Below are positions 9,609 to 19,371 of a stretch of 64,000 nucleotides of DNA, piece by piece (the stretch's first letter is position 1; each line of letters opens with the position of its first letter). Origin of the DNA: a virus. The position numbers and the translations under genes are program-made. The notes under the pieces were generated by a model. The model saw only the letters and a program-made list of their open reading frames with translations. It did no database searches and was not told the DNA's origin. The DNA is taken from positions 1 through 64,000 of the IMG/VR virus record IMGVR_UViG_3300012936_000006; one strand, given 5' to 3'.

Positions 9609-12600
9609 ATGTCAGATGAACAAACAACGAAATCGCTGCAAGAGCAAGCCCGTCTTCTGAAAGAACAAGAAGAGTCTCTCAAAAGAATAGCAGATCTTTA
9701 CAAAGAGCAGGGGTCACAAGCAGAGTCTGTTGCCGACGCCGTTGCTCATGCCGAGCGTGCAGAAAAAAATCAACTAAAGCATCTCACAACGAAAAGAGAC
9801 CTAGCTCAAAAGAACCTAGAGATAATCGAGGAACAAATTGGTGCAGGTGCTTTACAAGGTGACGAGGCTGCTCAGGCTATCGAAGCTGCAAACAAAAAAT
9901 TAGCTATTGAAGAAGATATTTTAAAAAATTTAGAAGATCAGATAGCAGCAGCTCAAAAACTTGCAGATGAATACCAGCGAGGCATAGATTCCGCTGAGAA
10001 CTCAGGGGCAAGAATTGCAAGCACATTGTTTGGTGTCGATGAGGGCTGGAAAAACACTTGGTGGGGAAATCTAGCTAGCGGAGATTTTTCTGCTAAAATT
10101 AGTGCGATGGGTAAAGGTTTTAAAACCGCCATGGCACCTGCAAATGTTCTTGGTGGGCTAATGATGAAGGTGCAAGAGTCCACGTTTGTCGCCGCCCTCG
10201 CATTTGATAACGCATCATCACAACTAGCAGCAGCAACGGGTCAAGGTACTCGCTACAACGACATGATCATGAGCGTGGCAGAGGAAACCAGATCCTTTGG
10301 TGTGGGTATTCAAGGAGCAGCAGCAGCAATTCAAGGCTTAAATGAGAGCATGTCTGGCTTTTCTCAGGTGTCCTCAGAAACACAAACAGCTTTAGTAAAA
10401 CAAGCCGCTACGCTTGAAAGACTCGGTGTGTCTGCTCAAACCACTGGTAAAATCACCGACCAGCTTACAAAGGGTATGGGTATGTCTGCCGAACAAGCGA
10501 TGCAGACAAATAATGAATTAGCAAGGGCTGCTATGGGCATTGGTGTTCCTGTTGGAAAGATGGCTCAGGAGTTTGAAAACGCTATGCCAGCACTTGCTCA
10601 CTACGGCAAAGAAGCACCAAAGATTTTCAAGAAAGTGATGGCTGCTGCCAAGGGGCTTGGTGTCGAGATGAACACCCTCTTGGGCTTTACCAGTCAGTTT
10701 GATACTTTTGAAGGTGCTGCAACCGCAGTAGGTAAATTAAATAATATTTTGGGTGGTGATCTTTTTAATTCTTATGAAATGATCAACGCTACAGAAGAAG
10801 AGCGAATTGAGTTGATGCTCAGGAACCTAGAGCTTTCTGGTAAGTCGTTTGACTCGATGGACAGATTCGAAAAGAAAGCCTTAGCAAACGCTGCCGGTAT
10901 CACAGATATGGCAGAGGCAAACAAACTTTTCAGCGGTGGTTTATCAGCTTATCAAAAAGCTCAGGCAGATGTTGAAGCTAATGCCGTATCTCAAAAAGAA
11001 TTAGAAAAAAGAACACAGGCTGCGGTATCGGTACAAGAAAAAATGAATCAGGTGTTCGAATCTTTTGCTATCTTAGTTCAGCCTATTGTCGAAGGATTAC
11101 ACAGTCTTTTTAATATTTTACTTAAAGTAAATGATATGACTGGTGGCATGCTGATGCCAATTCTTTTTGGTCTTGCGGGTGCATATTATGTTGTGGCGAA
11201 AGCAGCGGGTTTTAATGTAGCGGCAAAAAAAGCAGACATTGGTGCAACTTTAACCGAAACCGCTGTCACAAATGCAGATACTATTGCTAAGGGCGCACAT
11301 GCCGGTGCTACCGCAGCAGATACCGCCGCCACCGCTGGTGATACAATAGCAACCAACGCAAACAATGTTTCTAAAAACATGGGAATTGTAGCAACTTTGA
11401 GACAGGCAGCAGTAACAGCCATGTCAACTGCTAGAACAATCTTTAGCACCATCGCAGAAAAAGCCGCAGCAGCAGCAAGATTTCTTTTAGCTAAGGCTTC
11501 TGCTTTTGCTGCTGTCGCAATGGGTAAACAAGCCGTCGCTCAAAGTGCTGTGACCGCAACAGCGGCACCTGCGGGTGGAATGCTCGCTGCTTTAGCTGCT
11601 GGAATGGCTGCGCTTGGAACACCACCAGCACTGCTTGGTATTCTCGCAATGGCGGCACTTGCTGCTGGTATTGGACTCGTTGTAATCGGCATAGCTCTTG
11701 CAGTTAAGTCGATTGTAGGTATGGTTCAGACTTTTGCAGAAATGCCAGAACTTATTGTGCCTGCCACAATAGCTTTATTTGGATTCTTGGCTGGATTAAC
11801 TGCCGTCGTCTTGGGCGTCTCAGCACTTGCTCCTTTTGCCGCCGTCTTTATAGCAGCCGCTGCAAATATTAGTGCTGGTCTTATTGCGTTGAGCCCCGGA
11901 CTACTTATATTTTCTGTTGCTTTGGCAACCTTCGGAGCTGCACTAAAATTAATTGGTGGTAGAGAAATTGCTACAATGCTTGGTTTATCTTTGGCGATCT
12001 TCCCGTTTGCCATAGCCATGAATCTCGCTTCCGGGCTTATTGCTTCCGCTGCCATTGTGATGGCTCCGGGCATGATGATGCTTGGTGTCGGCTTTATGAT
12101 GCTTGGTGCAGGTCTAACAATCATGACACTTGCATTGCCAGCCATGGCATTATTAATTCCAATCTTGCCGATGTTTGCAGCAGCTTTATCAGCCTCGGCT
12201 GTACCTTTTGCTATTGGAGCAACATTGATTGGTGCAACTGCTGGATTGCTTGGTTTAGGGCTGGCACAGCTAGGATTAGGCTTACTTGTGGCTACGTTAG
12301 GAATCCCAGCGATGTTCTTACTAGCTTCTGCCCTACCTATTTTTGGAGCAGGATTAATTGCTGCCGCTCCTTCACTTGCACTGGGTGCAGCTTTGATTGC
12401 CCCTGTAGCCGGTGCTCTGGGTGCAGCATTTGCAATGCTGGGTGCTGGTGTCGCTTTAGCCACACTAGGAATACCGGGAATGTTTCTCTTAGCTGCCGCC
12501 TTGCCATTGTTTGCCTTGGGGCTTACTTATGCTGCACCAATGATGGTCGCAGCCGCTGTAGGTTTTGCACCCGCTGCTCTAATGCTGGGTCTCGGAATTG

Positions 12601-14489
12601 GCGCATTGGGTCTATCTCTTTTATTGTTCGATGAAGATACTTTAGAAATTATGACGGCAATGGTGATTGCCCTGCCGATCTTCGCTCTTGGCTTATTAGC
12701 GGGCTCAGCAATATTGGCGTTAGCTTCAATGGCTTTCTTGCTACCTGCCCTCGGTCTTGCTTTGGCATTGGGAGCTTTTGGTGTTGCTCTTAAACTTTTC
12801 GACGGTAAAACCCTAGAGATCATGACGGTGATGCCCTTGGCGTTGATACCTTTTTCAATTGGCTTATTGGCAGCGTCTTTTATTTTAAGCCTTGCCGCTG
12901 CTGCGTTTTTGACACCCGCTATTACTTTAGCCACCGCACTGGGTGCTTTTGGTCTTGCTCTGAAACTTTTTGGAGAAGAAGAAATTGCTGCAATGGGCTT
13001 CATAGCTTTAACTATTGTTCCGTTTGCTCTTGCGATGGGATTCGCAGGGAGGCTTCTTGCTTTTGCTGGTAAGTATACGGTCATCGGTGCAGCTTTTACA
13101 GCCGCAGCCCTTGCTATACTTGGACTAGGGGTAAGAGCGTTACCTAATAACTTTGCTGACATGCTTCTTGCAATCTCCATAGCACTTGTCCCGTTCGCTA
13201 CAGCACTTGCTTATGCTGCCCTACCGATGTTTATTGGTGGTATTCTGTTTGGAATAGGAGCACTCTCCATTTCACCGGGCTTGACCACTCTAGGTGATGC
13301 ATTCAGGACGCTACCAGAAAATATGGCGACCATGATGATGGGGCTGTCACAAGCGTTGGTGCCTTTTGCGACAGCAGTCAGAGAATCGGGTCTCAAAATG
13401 TTAATCGGAGGCGTACTCTTCGGTGCTGGTGCCTCGATACTTGCACCGGGTCTTATTACTCTTGGTGATGCATTTAAACAGCTTCCCGCAAACATGCCAG
13501 ATCTTATGGGTCAGTTGGCTCCAATATTGGTGCCTTTTGCGACAGCAGTAGCTGAGTCTGCTACTCCGATGTTCTTTGGCGCACCGCTCTTCGCTGTCGG
13601 TGCAATGATACTTTATCCGGGCTTGGTTGCTTTGGGTCGAGGATTCAAAGAGTTGACAGACAACATGCCAGATCTTATGGCTCAGTTGACAGAGGTGATG
13701 CCGCCGTTTGCAAGTGCATTGTTAGGCTCAGGGTTTGCTTTTATTCTTGGTGCAATGATGTGGTCAACTGGTGCATTAATTTTAGCACCGGGAATGTATG
13801 CACTATCTGGTTCGTTCATGGAGTTCGCTTTAGCACTCGTAATGATCGCTCCACATATAGAAATGATGACGCCATTAGCGCACGCTCTTCAAGAAATGGG
13901 CAAAGCTATGTTGTCTTTTGGGTTGGATATTGTTAGTTTTGGATTAATGTCGATTGGGTTATTCCCAGTGTTTAAGATTGGACTGGGTATGATGATTAGT
14001 ACCATTAAAGACTTATCAGCCGCACTAGAGACAGTTCCATTCGAGAAAACAAGAGCAATTGCAGATTTCCTTAACGGCTTGGTTTCGCTCACTGGATTAG
14101 AAAACATTGCAGACACAATGTTTACAGTCGCTCAGGGTGTGGGTGTAGTTTCTGATGCGCTGAGAGATTTGCCAGCAGAGCAGACGATTGCGATGAGTCA
14201 GCTTATGACTTCTGTTGCAGAGGCATCAGTTAAAGTCACGCCGGAAGGGGTTGAAAATGTTAAGAACTTGGTAGAGCAAGCATCAGTTTATGCTAGCGTG
14301 CAGGCTGAGTTTAAAGCACCATCAGTAGACGCTTTTGTTCAGGCGTTGAAACAGGTGAATTCGGACAATGCTTCTTCAGGTTCTGGTTCGGGATCTGGTA
14401 AAGATATTATCTTAGAGTTGAATGGTCGAGAGCTTGGAAAAGCTATTGATGTTCATTTAGAAGATAAACACAACCTCAGAACTAATTAA
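9609..14489 (+). CDS. Tape measure protein (1626 aa)
   Basis: Long Ala/Gly/Leu-rich helical ORF after the tube and chaperone genes; coiled-coil N-terminus; hydrophobic ~57-aa repeats; C-terminal IILELNGRELG. Confidence 0.9.
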   Translation: MSDEQTTKSLQEQARLLKEQEESLKRIADLYKEQGSQAESVADAVAHAERAEKNQLKHLTTKRDLAQKNLEIIEEQIGAGALQGDEAAQAIEAANKKLAIEEDILKNLEDQIAAAQKLADEYQRGIDSAENSGARIASTLFGVDEGWKNTWWGNLASGDFSAKISAMGKGFKTAMAPANVLGGLMMKVQESTFVAALAFDNASSQLAAATGQGTRYNDMIMSVAEETRSFGVGIQGAAAAIQGLNESMSGFSQVSSETQTALVKQAATLERLGVSAQTTGKITDQLTKGMGMSAEQAMQTNNELARAAMGIGVPVGKMAQEFENAMPALAHYGKEAPKIFKKVMAAAKGLGVEMNTLLGFTSQFDTFEGAATAVGKLNNILGGDLFNSYEMINATEEERIELMLRNLELSGKSFDSMDRFEKKALANAAGITDMAEANKLFSGGLSAYQKAQADVEANAVSQKELEKRTQAAVSVQEKMNQVFESFAILVQPIVEGLHSLFNILLKVNDMTGGMLMPILFGLAGAYYVVAKAAGFNVAAKKADIGATLTETAVTNADTIAKGAHAGATAADTAATAGDTIATNANNVSKNMGIVATLRQAAVTAMSTARTIFSTIAEKAAAAARFLLAKASAFAAVAMGKQAVAQSAVTATAAPAGGMLAALAAGMAALGTPPALLGILAMAALAAGIGLVVIGIALAVKSIVGMVQTFAEMPELIVPATIALFGFLAGLTAVVLGVSALAPFAAVFIAAAANISAGLIALSPGLLIFSVALATFGAALKLIGGREIATMLGLSLAIFPFAIAMNLASGLIASAAIVMAPGMMMLGVGFMMLGAGLTIMTLALPAMALLIPILPMFAAALSASAVPFAIGATLIGATAGLLGLGLAQLGLGLLVATLGIPAMFLLASALPIFGAGLIAAAPSLALGAALIAPVAGALGAAFAMLGAGVALATLGIPGMFLLAAALPLFALGLTYAAPMMVAAAVGFAPAALMLGLGIGALGLSLLLFDEDTLEIMTAMVIALPIFALGLLAGSAILALASMAFLLPALGLALALGAFGVALKLFDGKTLEIMTVMPLALIPFSIGLLAASFILSLAAAAFLTPAITLATALGAFGLALKLFGEEEIAAMGFIALTIVPFALAMGFAGRLLAFAGKYTVIGAAFTAAALAILGLGVRALPNNFADMLLAISIALVPFATALAYAALPMFIGGILFGIGALSISPGLTTLGDAFRTLPENMATMMMGLSQALVPFATAVRESGLKMLIGGVLFGAGASILAPGLITLGDAFKQLPANMPDLMGQLAPILVPFATAVAESATPMFFGAPLFAVGAMILYPGLVALGRGFKELTDNMPDLMAQLTEVMPPFASALLGSGFAFILGAMMWSTGALILAPGMYALSGSFMEFALALVMIAPHIEMMTPLAHALQEMGKAMLSFGLDIVSFGLMSIGLFPVFKIGLGMMISTIKDLSAALETVPFEKTRAIADFLNGLVSLTGLENIADTMFTVAQGVGVVSDALRDLPAEQTIAMSQLMTSVAEASVKVTPEGVENVKNLVEQASVYASVQAEFKAPSVDAFVQALKQVNSDNASSGSGSGSGKDIILELNGRELGKAIDVHLEDKHNLRTN

Positions 14490-14507
14490 AAAAGCGGAGG
14501 ATAAAAA

Positions 14508-15245
14508 ATGGCAATGCCACCCCTTACACCGGGATCATATTATGATGGACCCGAAGCACAAATTGGAAGAGGGCAGACAGTTGAGTTTATGTCTGTTCTT
14601 ACGGGAGAGATTATCTCATTCCCAGCTTTTATTACTGACTTTCAAGATAGTTACGAGTCTAATTGGAACACAGAAGATGTTTATGGTCGAATGGACCCTA
14701 TTCAAACATTCAAGGGAACTACTAGAACAATTTCTATTGCGTGGGATTGCGTAGCTGCCGACGGCGCAGAGGCTGAAGCGAACATGGATAAGTGTACGAA
14801 GTTGTTTAGAATGTTGTACCCGTCTTACGAGGGCTCTACGATGCGTGGCGCACCAATTTTAAAACTAAAGTTTGTTAATTTAGTTAATAATGCTTCAGCG
14901 GGTGCTCACACGGCTGGCGTCAAAGAGTCGGGATTGGTTGGCTCCGTTGCTGGGTTCACATATTCACCAGATTTAGACTCTGGTTTTTTCGAGGGAGATA
15001 AGGGATATGCTGTGTACCCACAAACTCTTAATCTAGAGTGTACTTTTACGGTAATGCACACTCACGATCTGGGAGAAAATGCAGCCGGTGGCACAAGGTT
15101 TCCAGAGAACTGGCCTTATAACAAGAAACAGCCGGGACCAAAACCCCCTGCATCTAAAAACACCAAGGCTAAGCCAGAAAAAAGCGCACCTGTCGGCTCT
15201 GATGGTCGTAAGGCAGAAGAAGCAATAAAGAAGCAAGGAGGGTAG
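14508..15245 (+). CDS. Baseplate/tube initiator protein (gp48/gp54-like)
   Basis: FPAFITDFQDSY.SNWN..DVYGRMDPIQTFKGTTRTISIAW, tube-fold-like; follows the tape measure gene. Confidence 0.75.
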   Translation: MAMPPLTPGSYYDGPEAQIGRGQTVEFMSVLTGEIISFPAFITDFQDSYESNWNTEDVYGRMDPIQTFKGTTRTISIAWDCVAADGAEAEANMDKCTKLFRMLYPSYEGSTMRGAPILKLKFVNLVNNASAGAHTAGVKESGLVGSVAGFTYSPDLDSGFFEGDKGYAVYPQTLNLECTFTVMHTHDLGENAAGGTRFPENWPYNKKQPGPKPPASKNTKAKPEKSAPVGSDGRKAEEAIKKQGG

Positions 15246-15251
15246 TTGGCA

Positions 15252-15584
15252 ATGGCACGAAAAGATCAAGCAACGGTTGTAAACAGGGATGAGTTATACG
15301 ATGAGGTTTTTCGCAAGAGAGGCGTGAAATTTATTAGACACTATCCAACGCCACAAATGAGAGAAATGTCTATCGATCTTACTTCTCAGGTAGAGCAAAT
15401 CTCTCATGTTTGGTCTGTTGGTGATCGATTCTTTAAGCTGGCATTCAAGCACTATGGAGACCCTTCGCTTTGGTGGATTATTGCCAGATTCAATTCTAAG
15501 CCCACAGAATCTCACTTAGAGATAGGAGACATTGTTCAAATACCAGTTCCTTTAACCGATGCTTTGAGAATCATGAGGGCGTAA
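15252..15584 (+). CDS. LysM-type baseplate wedge protein (gp53-like)
   Basis: GDRFFKLAFKHYGDPSLWWIIARFN....GDIVQIP motif. Confidence 0.85.
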   Translation: MARKDQATVVNRDELYDEVFRKRGVKFIRHYPTPQMREMSIDLTSQVEQISHVWSVGDRFFKLAFKHYGDPSLWWIIARFNSKPTESHLEIGDIVQIPVPLTDALRIMRA

Positions 15585-15585
15585 A

Positions 15586-18102
15586 ATGTCTAAGAAAGAA
15601 GTCAATGATGAACAGAAAGCTCATGAGCGTAGACTCAATGAGCAGTGTTTTATGCTAGCCAACCTCGATGTGTTTCAGGGGTGGGGAGAGCCAACGGGCT
15701 ACGGCACTATGCTAAAGCTCAAGGGCGGCGATCCAGTAAAGTTTATTACTAGATTGGTAGCTAGAAAAAACCTCCAAAACATCATGGATCTCAAACCGGT
15801 GGAGGTTTCAAAGCTTGTTCCTTACATAAAGATATTCAAAGTGTTCTATGAGACCGAAGATTCAAAAGGTGATGAGTACGAGATGATTTTTGAAAACTCA
15901 TTACAGAATTCTACAGTAGATGCGATGCTAACAAATCGAAAAGGTCGTGGCACTGGCGTGGGCATTAAAAGTTTTGAATTTAATTTGCTGGGTGGTAATC
16001 CGGTCGAAGCAGATAGGATGGTTGAGGCTAAGCTAGTATTATATTTTCAATCGATGGACGATCTTTTAAAAAGTGTAGAATCAAAACCATCCGTAGGATC
16101 GGGCAAATCAAAGAAAGTTAAATATATTGATTTGATTTATCAAAATAAACAATTTAATAAAGCTCCGTGTACAGGGGACAGCACTTATAATAATAAATAT
16201 TTTAGAATTAAAACAACAGTTGGGTGGTCAGCACCACCGGGGGCAGATGAAAGTACGAAAGCAGCCGCAAAAACTTTAGATCAGGCGTCTCAAACATTGT
16301 TTCTAACAATGACAAAACATGAGATTGCTTTTGATGAATATGGCACTGCAACTCTGACAATTGATTATATGGCAGCTCCTGAAGGTGTGATGGCAAACCC
16401 CAAAGCAGACATTTTATCTGATTTTGGAATGGCTCATGTTGGTGGCTTTCTTGGCTTGGGTGGTGACAATAAAACATTCTCAAGAGAGGCACTACAAAAG
16501 AAGCTTAATGCTGCTCGTCATTCAAAAAAGAATGCTTGCAAGGATGATAAAGAAGATCGTCAAGAAGACATTGATAAACTTGAAGACTTAATAGCAGAGG
16601 TTGATGCATCTAGATATGCAAAGTTTCTCGAAGGGCTAGAAGATTTAGGCGGGATTTATTTTATTGATGTTCCTCATGATCAGGTCGATGCCTACACAGA
16701 TAGTTCTTTTTTTGGTCTTATCGGTGGTAATGTAGCTTCTAGACAAGAGCAAATTAAGCAGAGAGTTAAAAAGATGCGTGAAGCTAGGGACTCAAATCCA
16801 TCGTGGGTAAAGGACGGAAAACGAGAGTCACCAAGAGGTCAGTTTGGCGACGTAGCAAAGGCAGCAAAAGAGCTAGCCAAAGATAGAAATGATAAGGATG
16901 CAAAAAAAGATGCTGTCAAGGAACTTTCAGAGGACACACAGACCAGTGAAGGTGGCACCGGGTTTTGGGGTTCTCTTGCAAATGCTCTACCCGGAGAAGA
17001 TAGCTACCCACCCCATAATCATGTTAGAATTAATTATATTTTTCTGGGAACAATTCTTCACTTGGCTTTTACTGCTGCTGCAAAAGGCACATCCTTGAAA
17101 GAGATTAGAAATATTGTAGGTCCGTTTGACTATAGAGATCCTATCTCTGGCAGCAGAAAAAACATTTGTCTGGCAGACGTTCCAATCGCACTCAACATGT
17201 TCAAGATGTGGTTTTTTGAAAACTGCGTGATCCCACAAAGACAGTCTTGGGTACTCAAGGATTTTTTACAAAACCTTATAGCCTCACTAGTCCAGCCAGC
17301 CATGGGCGAAGATTGCTTTGGTGCCTGCGCTACCGGATTTAAGTCTAGGTTGAACTCTAGAATTCTTGAATTACCACTAACAGATAACAAAGAATGTAGA
17401 ATTACTGGAACTAAAAGTGTCTCATCCTTCGGCGGCGGTGGTACGCAGTCAATGGAAGGTAAAAAGATAAAAGACTATCCATCTGGGGTCAACGCAACAG
17501 GATTAGAATCTGGGAGTTATTTATTTTTATATTCTTCGGGGGCATCGACTAATCTAGGACCACCAAAGTCTGGAACGAGAAAAGATCGTGATGCAAAAGA
17601 GGGAGTTTATCATTTCGTTATTGGTGCCGACAGAGGTTTGGTTAAAAAGATTAATTTCAGCAGAATGGATGCTCCGCACATTCAGGCGTCACGAATTGCT
17701 GGGCAAACTTCTGGTTATAGAAGAGAGGCTTATAACGCTGACGTTGATCTTGTAGGAAACTGCATGTTTGTTCCGGGCTCATTAGTTTTTATTGATCCCG
17801 GTGCGTTTACTTCAGGCGGGGATTCAGGAACTGAAGGATCGGCAGCAAACGTATTAGGTATCGGCGGGTATTATTTAGTCGTGAAAGCCGAAAACTTTAT
17901 AGAAGCTGGAAAATTTGAAACAAAACTAACCTGCAAACACCAGTCTTTTGGCACTGGGTTCAAAGCAAAGATTGATCAATATTGCCAACCAGAGAAGAGA
18001 GGCAAGGAATCATGCCCCGATGCATGCAAAGAAGAAGAAGAAGAAGCACCAACGGCACCAACGAAAAAGCCGGAAGGTGAAAAACCAGCAGGTGTTGTAT
18101 AA
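15586..18102 (+). CDS. Baseplate hub protein (gp27/gpD/VgrG-like)
   Basis: C-terminal ADVDLVGN..FVPGSLVFID..GGYYLVVKAENFI..GKFETKL typical of hub proteins; follows the LysM wedge gene. Confidence 0.7.
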   Translation: MSKKEVNDEQKAHERRLNEQCFMLANLDVFQGWGEPTGYGTMLKLKGGDPVKFITRLVARKNLQNIMDLKPVEVSKLVPYIKIFKVFYETEDSKGDEYEMIFENSLQNSTVDAMLTNRKGRGTGVGIKSFEFNLLGGNPVEADRMVEAKLVLYFQSMDDLLKSVESKPSVGSGKSKKVKYIDLIYQNKQFNKAPCTGDSTYNNKYFRIKTTVGWSAPPGADESTKAAAKTLDQASQTLFLTMTKHEIAFDEYGTATLTIDYMAAPEGVMANPKADILSDFGMAHVGGFLGLGGDNKTFSREALQKKLNAARHSKKNACKDDKEDRQEDIDKLEDLIAEVDASRYAKFLEGLEDLGGIYFIDVPHDQVDAYTDSSFFGLIGGNVASRQEQIKQRVKKMREARDSNPSWVKDGKRESPRGQFGDVAKAAKELAKDRNDKDAKKDAVKELSEDTQTSEGGTGFWGSLANALPGEDSYPPHNHVRINYIFLGTILHLAFTAAAKGTSLKEIRNIVGPFDYRDPISGSRKNICLADVPIALNMFKMWFFENCVIPQRQSWVLKDFLQNLIASLVQPAMGEDCFGACATGFKSRLNSRILELPLTDNKECRITGTKSVSSFGGGGTQSMEGKKIKDYPSGVNATGLESGSYLFLYSSGASTNLGPPKSGTRKDRDAKEGVYHFVIGADRGLVKKINFSRMDAPHIQASRIAGQTSGYRREAYNADVDLVGNCMFVPGSLVFIDPGAFTSGGDSGTEGSAANVLGIGGYYLVVKAENFIEAGKFETKLTCKHQSFGTGFKAKIDQYCQPEKRGKESCPDACKEEEEEAPTAPTKKPEGEKPAGVV

Positions 18103-19364
18103 TGAAAAATCAATTTCTTTTCGACAATGAAGACATTACATATCCAAAGGGCAGCAATAGATTGCGAGCTTATGGGTCTTTTTATTTTAGGGACATATAC
18201 GACTGCTACATCTTTAGAGATGCCAAGGCAGATTTGTGGTATAATAAAGAGTTTCAGTTTTTTGGCAGAGTTAACGATCAAAAGCAAGTCGTTGTGGTGT
18301 CCGAGGCGGATCTGAGGCAGCTTCCGAACACCAAAGAGACAATCTTAGTATTGCCGCCGGTTGCTGAAGCGTTTAGGCAGATGAGTGAGTATATAAACAG
18401 GGCTGTTTTTAGGGGTGATATAGAAAAAAAGGGATCTTTACTGGCAGAGCTAAAGGCTAAGCGGGGTTTTAAGAGTGCTCACAAGTCGTACAAAGATTAC
18501 AACTCAGCACTGTACGCAACATTTACAGGTGAGTTTATGAACTCGTCCAGAGATCGAAAGTTTCGAGATTTTGAATCTTTTATTGAAATATATCTTGACT
18601 TTTTTCTTAGAACTGGTAACTTTATTCCTTGGACTAGGGAGGGTTTTTTGTTATCAAAAAATTCATCACCGCTATACAGTGGAATGTGTATAGAGATTGA
18701 CAAGGCAGATCATTCAGATGATAAATTAAAAGCAAAGTATGTTAATGACAAGAATTTTAATTTTTTCAAAAAGGTGGCTAATCGATATGGTTTTATACTT
18801 GACAAAAATGCACCATGGAGACTGATACCTGACTTGAATTCTAGAGGCATGATAAGGGCTATGAAGAAAACAGGCACAAGCCCAGAAAAGTTTTATGATG
18901 ATTATTTCGTAAAGACTCATGAGTGGGAATTACAAAATTTTAAACATGTTCTGTGGGGATGGTATAATAGCTATGTTAGTGCAAACCCATATGTTCAAGT
19001 TATAGATCTTGACAGAGAATCGACAGAGCCAGAGTTAGAGAAAAGAGAAGCCTATACGGAAGAGCAGCTTTTTGCTCGATACTCTGATCACTACTTTATT
19101 AAGCTTTATATTTACATGAGGGCGATAGAGACAAACCAAGGATGGGAGCAGGGTACTTTTGATAGAGTCGTGCATCGAGCCCGAGAGATCTTGAGGTATC
19201 AGGGCTTGAAAAGAGCAATGCTCTATGTACACAAAAACATCGATCCCTGTAGCGAGAAGATGACCAGAGAACTTTTTGATCAAAAGTCCTTGACAAGAAA
19301 AGCATTGAATGCTATATTATTGGAAGGAAATAAAAAATACCAAAACCCTTTCAGTTATTACTAG
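18102..19364 (+). CDS. VanY/M15B D,D-carboxypeptidase-fold protein, apparently catalytically degenerate
   Basis: AEAFRQM..GFKS..SPLYSGMCIEI..ANRYGF..NAPWRL parallels A..F..M..SGYRS..SxHxxGxAxD..A.RYGF..EPWH, without the metal ligands. Confidence 0.55.
   Translation: MKNQFLFDNEDITYPKGSNRLRAYGSFYFRDIYDCYIFRDAKADLWYNKEFQFFGRVNDQKQVVVVSEADLRQLPNTKETILVLPPVAEAFRQMSEYINRAVFRGDIEKKGSLLAELKAKRGFKSAHKSYKDYNSALYATFTGEFMNSSRDRKFRDFESFIEIYLDFFLRTGNFIPWTREGFLLSKNSSPLYSGMCIEIDKADHSDDKLKAKYVNDKNFNFFKKVANRYGFILDKNAPWRLIPDLNSRGMIRAMKKTGTSPEKFYDDYFVKTHEWELQNFKHVLWGWYNSYVSANPYVQVIDLDRESTEPELEKREAYTEEQLFARYSDHYFIKLYIYMRAIETNQGWEQGTFDRVVHRAREILRYQGLKRAMLYVHKNIDPCSEKMTRELFDQKSLTRKALNAILLEGNKKYQNPFSYY
19290..19318 (+). 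promoter_or_regulatory. sigma70-type promoter for the replication module
   Basis: TTGACA-17 nt-TATATT, with an AGCATT/AATGCT inverted repeat in the spacer. Confidence 0.75.
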
Positions 19365-19371
19365 GCGATAA

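Noticed and set aside
11186-13495. Long minus-strand ORFs (up to 245 aa) opposite the tape measure gene
   Set aside because: Antisense shadows of Ala/Gly/Leu-rich codons with no SD, promoter or motif. The same applies to the other minus-strand ORFs in the track.
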